64,000 bases of DNA, from contig CM119264.1 in assembly GCA_051294375.1 (NCBI GenBank), positions 30,880,091-30,944,090 of the forward strand. Reading direction: 5' to 3'. The stretch is from Paraspadella gotoi (lineage: Eukaryota > Animalia > Chaetognatha). Both the position numbers and the translations under genes were made by a program. The notes under the pieces are model-generated. The model ran no database searches, was not told the origin of the DNA, and worked only from the letters and a program-made list of their open reading frames with translations. Each line of letters opens with the position of its first letter. Position 1 is the stretch's first letter. Positions 33,401 through 44,035 of the stretch are shown here, piece by piece.

Positions 33401-36052
33401 TGGCGCCTGTGGAGGAAAGGAAAGAAGGGAGGAAAGGAGAAGGTGGCGATGGAGGAAGAGGAAGGGAGGAAAGGATTCAAGGTGGCGCCTGTGGAGGAAA
33501 GGAAAGTGATAAAGGGAGGAAAGGAAAGGAGAGAAGGGAGGAAAGGAAAGAATAAAATAGAAGAGGAAAGAAAGGAAGGAACCCAAACTGACCATTCGGA
33601 TTGTGCCCAACCGGGAGACCCGCGACCCAAATGACCAGCGTCTCTTCGTCGACATTTTCCTTGACGGCGTCGAGCAGCAACACCAAGCGGCGTTTAAACT
33701 CGTCGATGCTAGATGGCGCCACCTCGTTGATAATGTTGTAGCGACTCATGTCCCAGAGGGTGCTGTTCATGACGAGGACGTCCGGCTGGAGTGGGAGGAG
33801 AGGGGGAAGAGGGAGAGAGAGAGAGAGGGAAGGGAGAGGAGAGGACGGGAAAGGAAGAAAAGGAGAGGAGAGAGAGAGGGAGAGAGGGAAGGGAGAGGAG
33901 AGCGAGAGGACGGGAAAGGAAAAGAAAGGGAGAGGAGAGAGAGAGAGAGTGAGAAGAGAGAGGGAGAAGGAGAGGAGAGCGAGAAGGACGGGAAAGGAAA
34001 AGAAAGGGAGAGGAGAGGAGAGAGAGAGAGGAAAGGAGAGGAGAGCGAGAGGACGGGAAAGGAAAAGAAAGGGAGAGGAGAGAGAGAAGTGAGAGAGAGA
34101 GGGGGAAAAGGAGAGGAGAGCGAGAGGACGGGAAAGGAAAAGAAAGGGAGAGGAGAGTGAGAGAGAGACAGGGAGAGGGAGGAAAAGGAAGAGGAGAGCG
34201 AGAGGACGGGAAAGGAAAAGAAAGGGAGAGGAGAGAGAGAGTGAGAGAGGGAGACACAGAGAGAGAGGGGAGGGTTAGGGTAGAAAAATGGGGAGAGGGT
34301 GAGAAAAAACATAAGTGGAAGCGAGGAAGGATTTTATTTTTTTTAATAAATTTTGTATTTATTTTTTCTTTCTTTTTTCGTTTACTTTTCCGACTAATAA
34401 TTTGTTCATTTTTCAATTTTCTCTTAAAAAGTAAATTAAAAGTTTTTTGAAGCGAGAACGAGATTTTTCAAAAATGAAATCGCGTTTGAAATTAAATTTA
34501 ACTCATTACGAAAACCGGAAGTCGTTAAAAAAAAAAAAACTACCAAATCATGACTTATCCACCATTCTCATCAAAACCACCTTCTCTTAACCCACCCACC
34601 CACCTTCTCTGTTTTGAGTCCATTCACTATCTGCTCCACGTGGTCGTTCCAAACTCTGGTTATGAACTCGAATCCAATTTTGATTTGAGTCGTTTGGCTT
34701 TTATAGAGCCGCTTCTCCCTGTGGAGGTTAGCAATGGCGGTTTTGGGTAATCGTATAGCTAACAGTTGAAGGATAGGAATGTAGAATAGCGAGTATCGCA
34801 ATTTTACAATTTGCACTGTCAATGTACCATCGGTTACTAATTACTATCAGTCGTGAAAAGTTGTGTAGTCGGGCATCGCGACAAGTTCACATCGTCCGTA
34901 AGCATTACACCTTCAGTCGTGGGTCAATGAATAAAAAACCCTTGAGCCTGGTTCCAAGCCCGGGATCCGACTTATACACAGTTGTACTCGCCTGGAAGGC
35001 AGGCCCCCTTTTTATCACAATGAGTTTGCAGTTTCATCCCAACATCCCGACCACCCAAAACCAATCAACCCCTCCACCAATCAACCCCTAAATCAATCAA
35101 CCTGTAATCGATGCCATTGCTGAGTTCCATCCCCGCTTTTCTTCCACCTTCCAACAGAGAATCGTTGGCGCAAGAGAATTCTCCTTTCTTCTTGCAGACG
35201 TAAGTCTTGATGAAGCGCGTTTGTTGTGAGAGGGTGATGAGGTCCTGTGAAAGATATAATTGTTGTGAGAGGGTGATGAGGTCCTGTGAAAGATATAATT
35301 GTTGTGAGAGGGTGATGAGGTCCTGTGAAAGATATAATTGTTGTGAGAGGGTGATGAGGTCCTGTGAAAGATATAATTGTTGTGAGAGGGTGATTAGGTC
35401 CTGTGAAAGTTGTTAGATATTTTAAGTGAATTTATAAAAAAATATTTACATAGTGGCAAAGTTTTTGATAAAATCCTAAACAAAATTGACGAAACATTTT
35501 TGTTAGTTTTAATTTTTTAATCCTATTTTTAAAAAGAATTAACTCCCTCGCGAAAGACGAGGACATAAAGATCCGATTAATGTCAGCTACATTCGGTTTT
35601 TTTATTGCAAAGTCGATTTCGCGTCTCGAAATTGGATGTCGAATCATTTGGTTTTAATAGAGTTTAAATTGTGTTTAGTTGTTTAGAGTGGAGAAATACT
35701 TAATTTATTATAAAATGGGTACAAGCAATATAAAATTTTCCATTAATTTAATAAATAATTTAACTTGCCCCCGACTTCGAAAAGGCTATGATGGTTTAAG
35801 CTTTCATTTAATATTATATTATTATATTATTTTATGTTATATTAGTTTTCATTTAATATTATATTAGAGTTAAAAGTTAAAAGCAATGAAATATATATTT
35901 TTCGTGACAGTAAATTCTAGAGAAATAGTACAAAGTATATATTTTATTACTATCACCTTGTAGACGCTTCTCTCGTTACTGGCGCCGATTATTTTTAAAT
36001 ATTTTCCCGCTAATAATTTAACAACGTCTTCGCTACGAAAAATGTCGCCCAT
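30490..36052 (-). CDS. PCED1A: PC-esterase domain-containing protein 1-like (FAM113; SGNH/GDSL fold) with Ser/Thr- and Pro/Gln-rich C-terminal tail
   Basis: Eight phase-consistent exons: 36052-35957 (LLAGKYLKIIGASNERSVYK), 35244-35102 (DLITLSQQ..KGEFS..LSNGIDYR), 34718-34604 (FITRVW), 33785-33593 (PDVLVMNSTLWDMSRY), 32881-32733 (GFDFLDTHFFMRHQ), 32265-32136 (RDETHWD..LLTHISEAWGVPLP), 32018-31935 and 31595-30490. These match remembered PCED1A motifs GDSIQRAVYKDL, NSCLWDLSRY, DGVHW and LLTHVADAWGV. Confidence 0.9.
32350..32545 (-). mobile_element. tRNA-derived SINE-like element, same family as 7479-7757
   Basis: Minus strand CATCAGTTCATGACCCTGAGGTACCAGGATCTATTCC followed by AGGACGGCCGTAAGCCACCCTTGTGCGGGAG, versus CATCAGCTCATGAGCACTACGTACCGGGTTCAATCCC / AGGACCGCCGTAAACCGCTTTGTGAGGGAG at 7516-7612. 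Confidence 0.6.
32592..32736 (-). repeat. 12-bp tandem repeat (~12 units) of a PCED1 5' splice site
   Basis: Minus-strand unit TCAG|GTAAGGGG starts exactly at the exon end (32733) and decays with distance. Confidence 0.9.
32838..33545 (-). repeat. 82-133 bp tandem repeat x7 of a PCED1 3' splice site plus the first ~44 nt of the exon
   Basis: Minus-strand unit ..CCTCCACAG|GCGCCATCTTGGATCCTTTCCTCCCTTCCTCTTCCTCCATCGCC; exon-first bases at 32881, 32985, 33090, 33183, 33316, 33406 and 33488. Confidence 0.9.
33790..34265 (-). repeat. ~65-bp pyrimidine-rich minisatellite upstream of the PCED1 exon-4 acceptor
   Basis: + strand unit GAGGAGAGCGAGAGGACGGGAAAGGAAAAGAAAGGGAGAGGAGA.., about 6 copies. Confidence 0.85.
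35221..35411 (-). repeat. 39-bp tandem repeat x5 of a PCED1 3' splice site plus 24 nt of exon
   Basis: Minus-strand unit TTATATCTTTCACAG|GACCTCATCACCCTCTCACAACAA, near-identical copies. Confidence 0.95.
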
Positions 36053-36291
36053 GGTTTTATAATTTAATGATTTTTGAAATACTTTTTTAATTCATTTCCG
36101 AGAAATGCTGTTGTTGTTGTTGTAGTTTTGGTTTTTCCGTTAAATATCACAGACTTGTGCTGTCATGTTGAGTTTAAAATTCACAGTCGAAATTTTATTT
36201 ACGTGTGACGAGAGGATCGAGAGGGAAGAAGAGAGCGAGAGAGAGAGAGGGAGAGAGAGAGAGAGAAGCCGGCCGATTGTTTTGGCAGTGG

Positions 36292-36333
<42 letters not shown>

Positions 36334-36383
36334 ATGAATGCGAGGATCGGGGAGTCCAAACCAGCCTGTTTTTGTGGCGGGCG

Positions 36384-36416
<33 letters not shown>

Positions 36417-36747
36417 GGAGCTTCGATCTTGATAAAACTTTAAAAGACAAAAAACTCGCTAAAATAGCCTAGTATATGCTGCTTCAGAACTTTCTCATTT
36501 TGGGCAATAAATTTCATTTCTAACGTTTTTGATTATTGCTAGAATGTAAGAATTTAACGATTGTGGCATTCGGTAGAATTCATCCAGTGTTTTAAGTTGG
36601 TTCTGTTTTAAATCATGTGATTGATTCCAACTTTTAGAAGTCACGTGACCTGCAAATAGAAATCAAGAAGAAATTTCGTTTATTTCAATCCGATCAACTT
36701 ATATCTTCCACTGTCTTTGAGCACATATTTGAAAAATTCTTTTTTTT

Positions 36748-37309
36748 AGCCGGATCTGCTTACAGCAGATTCCGGCTTGATAATTCACTTTGTCGGTCCG
36801 TCGGTCCGCCCCCATCTTGTCGGGCATTCACTTATATCATGTCAGAACATCTAATTATGATAAATTATGCAAAAAAAATGATGTCCGTCCGTCTACCTGT
36901 ATCTGTCAGTCCGTCCGTCCCACCTTAGCAAAAAAAACACCAATTACTTATAGATGAAAGATAGATGAAATTTTGTTTGTGGGTAGAAAAGTGTGTGATT
37001 GAGCAGGAAATAAAGTTTCGATGGAATTTCACTATTTGATTATGCTTTTTTTTATTTGTATATTAAATATAAGTTCAAGCTGCATTAATTAATTATTAAT
37101 AAATAACTAATTAATTAATTATTAATTATTTAAAATTAATTAATTGTGATCGAGATTGTTGTTTTGCGAATGAGAGGCAAGACAAAGTGGAAAACAATTT
37201 TCACACGAATAAAAAAAAATTAATATTAATTAATTATTTATTTATTTATTTGATCAGCTGCTTACCGCTAATGATTGTGGGCAGATCCGGCATTGTTTGC
37301 TCAAACTTG
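36748..37309 (+). mobile_element. DINE-1/HINE-like non-autonomous Helentron element
   Basis: Sits between T-runs. It has 5' AGCCGGATCTGCT-TAC-AGCAGATTCCGGCT (subTIR plus short IR), GTCC/GTCT microsatellite blocks (36792-36808, 36882-36920), 3' subTIR GCAGATCCGGC (37281-37291) and terminal stem-loop GTTTG-CT-CAAAC. This is the canonical DINE-1 architecture. Confidence 0.75.
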
Positions 37310-38044
37310 TTTTTTGATATTCTTACAAATGGAATTGTTCGGAAACTTGATTAATTGACATTATGTTGCTTTTACTCTTGTTTCGATATTTATTTCATAA
37401 GTTTTATTATTTCGTTAAATGAATAAAACAAAACTAAAAGAAAAAACATATAATTTTAGAAAGTTTGAAATTTCTATATTCAAATTCACTTCACCATTTC
37501 ACATTCAAATATTTATTTTTATCAATTAATAGATTCTTCTTTTAGTTGATCATTTATTTTATTTATTCGAAATCGTCAATAGATTTCGCTTTCACAATAA
37601 ACGTCGATTCGATTGTGTTGGTGATCGTGAGTTCGTAATCGTGAAAAGTCGAGCGGCGACTGTGAATCTGTGACTTGTGAACAGTTTTCTTTTTTAGCGG
37701 CGACATTCCGGGTCGTGAATGAACTGTTTTAACGAATCAGTTTAATTACTACTAATTTGTCTTTAGTTTAAAACGGATTCAATTACGCTGTGTAGCTTAC
37801 TTTCAAAAATATAATTATAATGAATGATATTAAATTATGTTTATACGATACATTCTTCAACAAATCCTATACTGTTGGTTATTCACATTAGCCTTCCTAC
37901 TATTTTGTCATCCCTTTGTCACTCTTGCTTTGTCACTCTTCCTTTGTCAATCTTCCTTTGTCACTTATCCTTTGTCACTCCCCACTTTTCACTCCCCAAC
38001 TCGTCACTCACCCTTTGTCACTCCCTCTCTATCTCTCTCTCCAG

Positions 38045-39176
38045 ACTTTCCGCTCGGAAATCTCCAGCGACGAATCTGGCGACAACCTCGTCTTTTCGAC
38101 GCCTCCATCCCGACCGACAACCGACACTCCAACTACCACTCCGACCGCCACTCAAACCGCCACCCCTGTCTCGGCTTATCTCACTCCTCAAACCTCTCGT
38201 CCGGATAAAACCGGCGCCCTCACGACGCCGGTCCTGACCTCTAGCGGCGTCTTTTTTGGCGGCGCCATGAATTCTCCCTTCCATCGCCCCGTCTCCGGCG
38301 TCAGCGAAGACATGGCGCCATCGACGGCGGCGTCGTCTTTTCTGACGTCGTCGTCGTTGTCGTCGTCGGCGCCGGCGGTCGAGGCTGCTGCGGAAGCGGC
38401 TGCGGACGCGGAGGATGCTGCGGCGTTCGAGGCTGCTGCTGACGCGGCTGCGGACGCGGCGGAGGCTGCGGCGCTGACGGAATCGTCCGATGGAGTTTTG
38501 GAGGTGAAGAATTGGGTGGAGGAAGATGTTGTGGTTTTGAAAGTGGGTCGATTTAGTTGATTATTTGAAAATTTAATTTTAATTTTGATATTTTATATAT
38601 AAATAATTTTTTAAAACTATACATTAATTTTAATTTTAATCCTGAATTATAACTTTTAATAACTTCATTATACAAAACTATGAATCATTAACTGAATATT
38701 ATTCGGTGGATAACATTCATAGCGAAATCATCATTACCCGTTGGGTACGACTGTTCCTTCCATCAGCGCCTTAATAGCTTAATGGGCTAACGTTTCATCT
38801 CCGAACCCAATGGTCACGGGTTCTAGCCCTGGTCAGAACAGTCCTTGCAAAAAGAGTGACGGACCGGTTAAGCCACCGGTAGCCAGCCAACCGCCGGATC
38901 CAAAGTTCCGGAAAGCAGGGCAACTGACGGAAAAATCTCCCAGACCCACTTAGCACACTAATTGTGGGGGCATGGCATGGCATGGCGTCTCTCTCTTCTG
39001 TCGGTCGCTTCAAGTTTATGATTTAATTACTAATACTATTTAAAAATCCGACTTATCTTTTGTCTTTTTTTTTCTCCCAAGTTCTCTGATCGCGACTCGT
39101 GTCCCCCAAGCGGACCGAGTAAAAGCGCGACGTCTTCGCCGAGATTCAATAGAAGAAAAACAGAAGACAAACGCAG
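38045..39176 (+). CDS. SVIL: Supervillin-like gene, two exons downstream of the nested PCED1 gene
   Basis: 38045-38503 (phase 0, matches donor 30060) and 39082-39176 (..KTEDKRR, phase 2), which joins 53348 to give RR|YQTQ, resembling SVIL ARYQTQPVT. Confidence 0.75.
38766..39010 (+). mobile_element. tRNA-derived SINE-like element
   Basis: A box TAGCTTAATGG (38775-38785), B box GGTTCTAGCCC (38819-38829), core GGACCGGTTAAGCCACC, and CCCAGACCCACTTAG similar to 7683-7696. Confidence 0.6.
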
Positions 39177-39576
39177 GTTAGTTTTTTTTTTCTACTTCAT
39201 ATAAATTATAATATAAAAAAAATTTAATAAAATTTTCGTCGCTCGATTTTCCTGTCGGTTTTTTATCTATTAATAAAAAATAACAACGCTACACTTTTTG
39301 GTTTTAGAGTAAATGACAGCATTTTTGAGACAAACAATAAAATTCCCTAATATATTGTCATCGAAATGAACAAAAGATTTTGAACTTTTTGGCGGGAAAT
39401 TTTTTCCTTATTTTTTTTTATTTTCTCTGTTTTCGATTTACTTTTTTATCCATTTCTCTCACTCAGTCTCTCACTCTCTCTGTCTCTCTCTCTTCAAGGT
39501 CTTTAACAGTTTGAATTCTTTTTAAATTTTGAGTTAAAAACTTAAGCTCTGAAGTGATTCATAACAACCGCTATTT

Positions 39577-39578
<2 letters not shown>

Positions 39579-39665
<87 letters not shown>
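39579..39665. repeat. (CT)n microsatellite, ~43 units; the longest of many GA/CT tracts in the window
   Basis: Seen directly. Confidence 0.95.
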
Positions 39666-39668
<3 letters not shown>

Positions 39669-40029
39669 CCAAAGATCCGGGAGAACTGGGCACCTAGTTT
39701 ACAATTCTACATTCATTTTTATTCCGTGTTATTTTAAGAATTAAATTCAAAATATTTTAGTTTTTTATTTAAACCAACATTATATTTAAGGGTTTTTTTG
39801 TTTTAATTCTTTTTCTTAAAACATTTTTCTTTTAAATTTATTTTAGATTTATAGATTAAACTTTATTTTATTTTGTTAGAATTTTTCTTAACTTTTTTTT
39901 TCTCAAAATTTCAAGTTACTTTTTTCCCTGTTAGTCGTCGTCGTCGTCGTCGTCGTCGTCGTCCACTCCTTAAAACTCAAAAACAGGATGAAACAGACTT
40001 TATTCTACTTTGGTCGCTTTAGACCCGAA

Positions 40030-40080
<51 letters not shown>

Positions 40081-40263
40081 CTACAGAAAGATTTTTGCGC
40101 TTTAATCCTAAATAAAAACAGTATTTTTTTTTAAAGTTCTCTACTATGCGAACTAATGTATATGAATATTGTAATTGAATATTTACTTTTTTTCCTAAAA
40201 TGGGCATGGGTTATCTGGTCACATGACTTCAGACTCCGTGACAATAGAAAATGGCCCATTTAA

Positions 40264-40305
<42 letters not shown>

Positions 40306-40349
40306 CTCTCTTGGCACATACCCTTTGCCACACACGCCAACGACAGCCC

Positions 40350-40391
<42 letters not shown>

Positions 40392-42445
40392 TCCTCTCAG
40401 TGTCTCTGTCCCACTCTACTCTTCCTGTCAGCTGATCATCCATAAACAAAGGCCCCGCGATTTTCTATTATTTCTTCTCTCGTCGTCAAAGCGAATAAAA
40501 AATCTAAAAAGAATAAAAACGATTTAATTAATTCATTAAGTTAATTAATTCATCGCACGTTTTCCGAGTTTCGTCCAAGTTTTAATTTGATTTTTCGCTG
40601 TTTAAAAACCCAATGATTAATTATTTTAACTTTTATGAAAGAAAAAAGTTGTTTTTTTTATTAGAAATTATATTTCCACGCTGACTCTTGCCCTAAAAAA
40701 ATTTTTAAATTTAACATCAAGAGTGCATGCCTTATATTCCATTCATTGCCATCCACATCGGTTCCATTATCCTAAACGTAAAAACATCTTTACAATCGAC
40801 ATCGTCTGCTCTCGTAAAAACTGTTTTTTAAAGACGATGACGATGACGACGACGATAACGACTGAAAAGACAACCGACCGATTACAAAATCCTCGTCGTC
40901 GTCATTTTCTTCTTCGGCATCATCGTAACTATTTTGTCCATTTCGTTGTCTACTTGTTCTTTATTGTCGTCGTCGTCGTCGCCCGGTTATTAATTAATCC
41001 AGGTGACAGTCAACAATAACAATTCATGGCCTGCAATTGAAATAAAGTTTTTTTAATCGCCAATGGAATCTTTTTTACATAGCTCAGCCATTTAGAAGTA
41101 CATTTTTAAAAAAACCCTTTTACGTCTTGAGATAATTAATTACAAGCCTCAATTCCACAATCCTGAAATAGTTTTTAAAACGACGGTTTTGTTCATCTCG
41201 TGTCAAGCTTGTAAAATGAATTTAAATAAAAACTGTTCTCGTTTGCTTGTAATCTGAACTAAGATATATATACATAACTTGTTCTCTCAAACGTATCCTG
41301 ACTTTGTTCTCGCCTAATCGGGATTTAATCGATATATCCGTTAAAATAATTGTTTTTAAACAAAAGCTTTCTCCGGCTGTCTGCAATTTGAATTAATATT
41401 TAAATATACTGAGATGAAATACTAAAATTAATACAATTAACATAGATACAACTTAGTCTTTTAAAAATGGTCTCTTCCAACTGGTTTAACATCCTGACGA
41501 TCAACGCGACCTTGGGACTCGGCCAGTCGACGGCCTCTTTCAAGGACGAGCGAACTCTCCGCAGCCCAGAAGGCACGGTGTCTCTCTCTCTCTTTCTATA
41601 AGGAGCATTGGGGGGGAGATAGAGTGGTGGTATAATCGAAAAGACTTCAGGGGAGGTCGTAGCTTCGTGCTGTTTTAAGACCTCCAGAGATAAGCTCAGT
41701 TTTTACAGCATTTTTTTTTCGGATTTAGATATTTTTTCTTCTTTTTTTTATTTTTAATTCGATCTCTCCCGGGGTTTTCTTTTTTTTCCTTAAAAAGGAA
41801 ATTGGGGCAAAAAATGAAGAAAAAAAGTTGTCGCCAGTCTCGTTGTTTAAAGTTCTTCGACTCTCTCTCTCTTTGACTCGCTCTCTGTCTTTCCCTGACT
41901 TAATCTCGAGAATAATCGGTTTTACTTTCTTGATTCTTTGAGTCAATTTACGTCCTTTTATTTTTTTTTTCTTTTTCCATTTTTTCTGTGTTTTTTCATT
42001 TTTATGTACTGTATTTATAATAAAAAGGGGGGAAAAATATAAATAACAGTCAAACGAAAACTTAGTGTTGAGAGATAGAGACAGAGAGAGCGAGTGGAGA
42101 GTAGTGATCTACTTGTGGACAATGAAACTAGAGTAAATTGAAAATGAGATCTGTTATTGTCATTTCCATCGGAAGTCGATTTGGAACTTACTGGACCGGA
42201 GAGACGGACACTTAGAACCGACGAACTGACGAGCAGACGGACAGACGGACAGACTCGAAGAAGAATCAGCCAAAACACTTAAAATTAAACCGGAATTTGA
42301 AGATAAAGTTTTCCCGAAAAAAAATGTTTGTGTCGGTTTGACTCATTCATGTTTCGTTTCAAAGGCGACGCTTATCAATTATAACTTGGCCGTCGATCTT
42401 AGATCTTAGAAATTCGATTGAATTATGGATCTAAATGTCCGGAAT

Positions 42446-42478
<33 letters not shown>

Positions 42479-43938
42479 CCGACCGAGGCCAAAGCGGATA
42501 TGAAACAATAGCGACGATAAATTGTTAATTGAAAATTTTTAACTGAGGAAAAAATGTATTTGAAAGAGACAAAGATTTTCAAGACGCCTCGTAATTATTT
42601 TCATGACGAAAAACAAAAATATAATAATAATTGTGAAACACCCCAAAAAAAAGGCTTAAGAAAATTTCTCGACGGAAGAAGAAAATTGGGTTGTGATCTT
42701 TTTTCGCTTCGTGTGAAAATTGACCCGAATGGAAAAAGGAAGAATCGGAAAAAAAACCGCAATGAATTTCGATCTCAAATCATATTTTTCTCTTTTCACA
42801 AAAAAAGAAAGAAAATAATTCGCTCGTTTTCGGTTTATTTTATTTTATTCACAGAAAAAATATAAAACGAAAAAACAAAATTGGAAAGAAACTTGTAGTA
42901 TTTTGTTTTCCTTAATCTTTAGTTTCAACTATATTTCTTTTGACTACGAAACAAAGGAATAGTCCGCACTGGTTCAAGGTCGGCTCAAGTCTACTTAGGT
43001 TCATTAGTGTCCGATAAGGTCCACTCGGGGTCATTCTCGGTCCAAAATCCTCCAGGTTCCGGTCAAAGTCAATTAGGATCGAAAATTTATCCCTAAAACC
43101 TTAAAAGCCAAAATTCAAATGAGTTTGACGTCACATAAGAAATTCGATCTTTTGTCTTAAAATTTCCTCTTTGAGTTTTTGACGCCGATGATTCGAGTGT
43201 CGAATCTTCGAGTCCTTGAATTTTAAAAAAATTCCTAGTTTCTAAAATCCAAGTTTAGTACGAAATTGGTACAACAATATGAAAATTACGCATTCAATTT
43301 ATTATAATAACATCGCAGGTCCCTATAAGTTTTCAATCAAGCATCTTTATTATTTTTCCCGGTGGTCAAAATTTAATTAATTTTTTGCTACTGACGGCAA
43401 AATTAAGACTACACTTGAGATTATTATTTTTTGCCAGAGAAGTTAACTGCAGTGTGCGAATTAGATTTAAAAAGACGATTTAAGATAAAAATAAAATTAA
43501 ATTAAATATGGAATACCCCTTAAGGAATTTTTTAAAAGAAATTGTCTGATTCTCAATGATTCATCTGTTTCTTATCATTCGTCTGATTTTTTATTCTCAA
43601 AACTGGAACTCGTCATCTCATTTCAAATCTTGAACGGATTTAAATTTGTTTAAGGGATGGAGATGTTAAGGGGAGGTGTTTGGGGGGTTGTTGGTGGTGT
43701 GGAGGGGAGACAGAGAGAGAGACCCTTGATGATAGATACTCGATTCAAGTCTCCTTAAATTTCTTTCTCTTAGTCACTTTTCTTTTCTCCGAGTTTAATT
43801 TTAGAATTTTTTTAGTTTTTGAGATTTAAAAAAATATCTTGTTAAACTTACCTAATCGATGCTTCATATGTTCCTTCATGTCCTGTTGATAATAATATTT
43901 AACTTGTTTGTTAAGTGTCATCTCATGCACCGAGTAGT

Positions 43939-44035
43939 TTGATATAGAAAAACATCGATTTGGGAAACAGTGCTAATTTTATAAAAATTTAATAAAATTA
44001 GCACTGTTTCCCAAATCGATGTTTTTCTATATCAA
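43939..44035. repeat. Perfect 44-bp inverted repeat with a 9-nt AT loop
   Basis: TTGATATAGAAAAACATCGATTTGGGAAACAGTGCTAATTTTAT / ATAAAATTAGCACTGTTTCCCAAATCGATGTTTTTCTATATCAA; also present in the inverted copy at ~57704-57798. Confidence 0.9.

Noticed and set aside
41467-41577. Possible short alternative first exon (MVSSNWFNIL..) of supervillin
   Set aside because: Weak donor (GTGTCT), and the two copies disagree on frame, so phase compatibility with 53348 cannot be established.
42340-42385. Minus-strand TTGATAAG..CGAAACATGAA hammerhead-like remnant
   Set aside because: Multiple core mismatches and only a 2-bp stem II.
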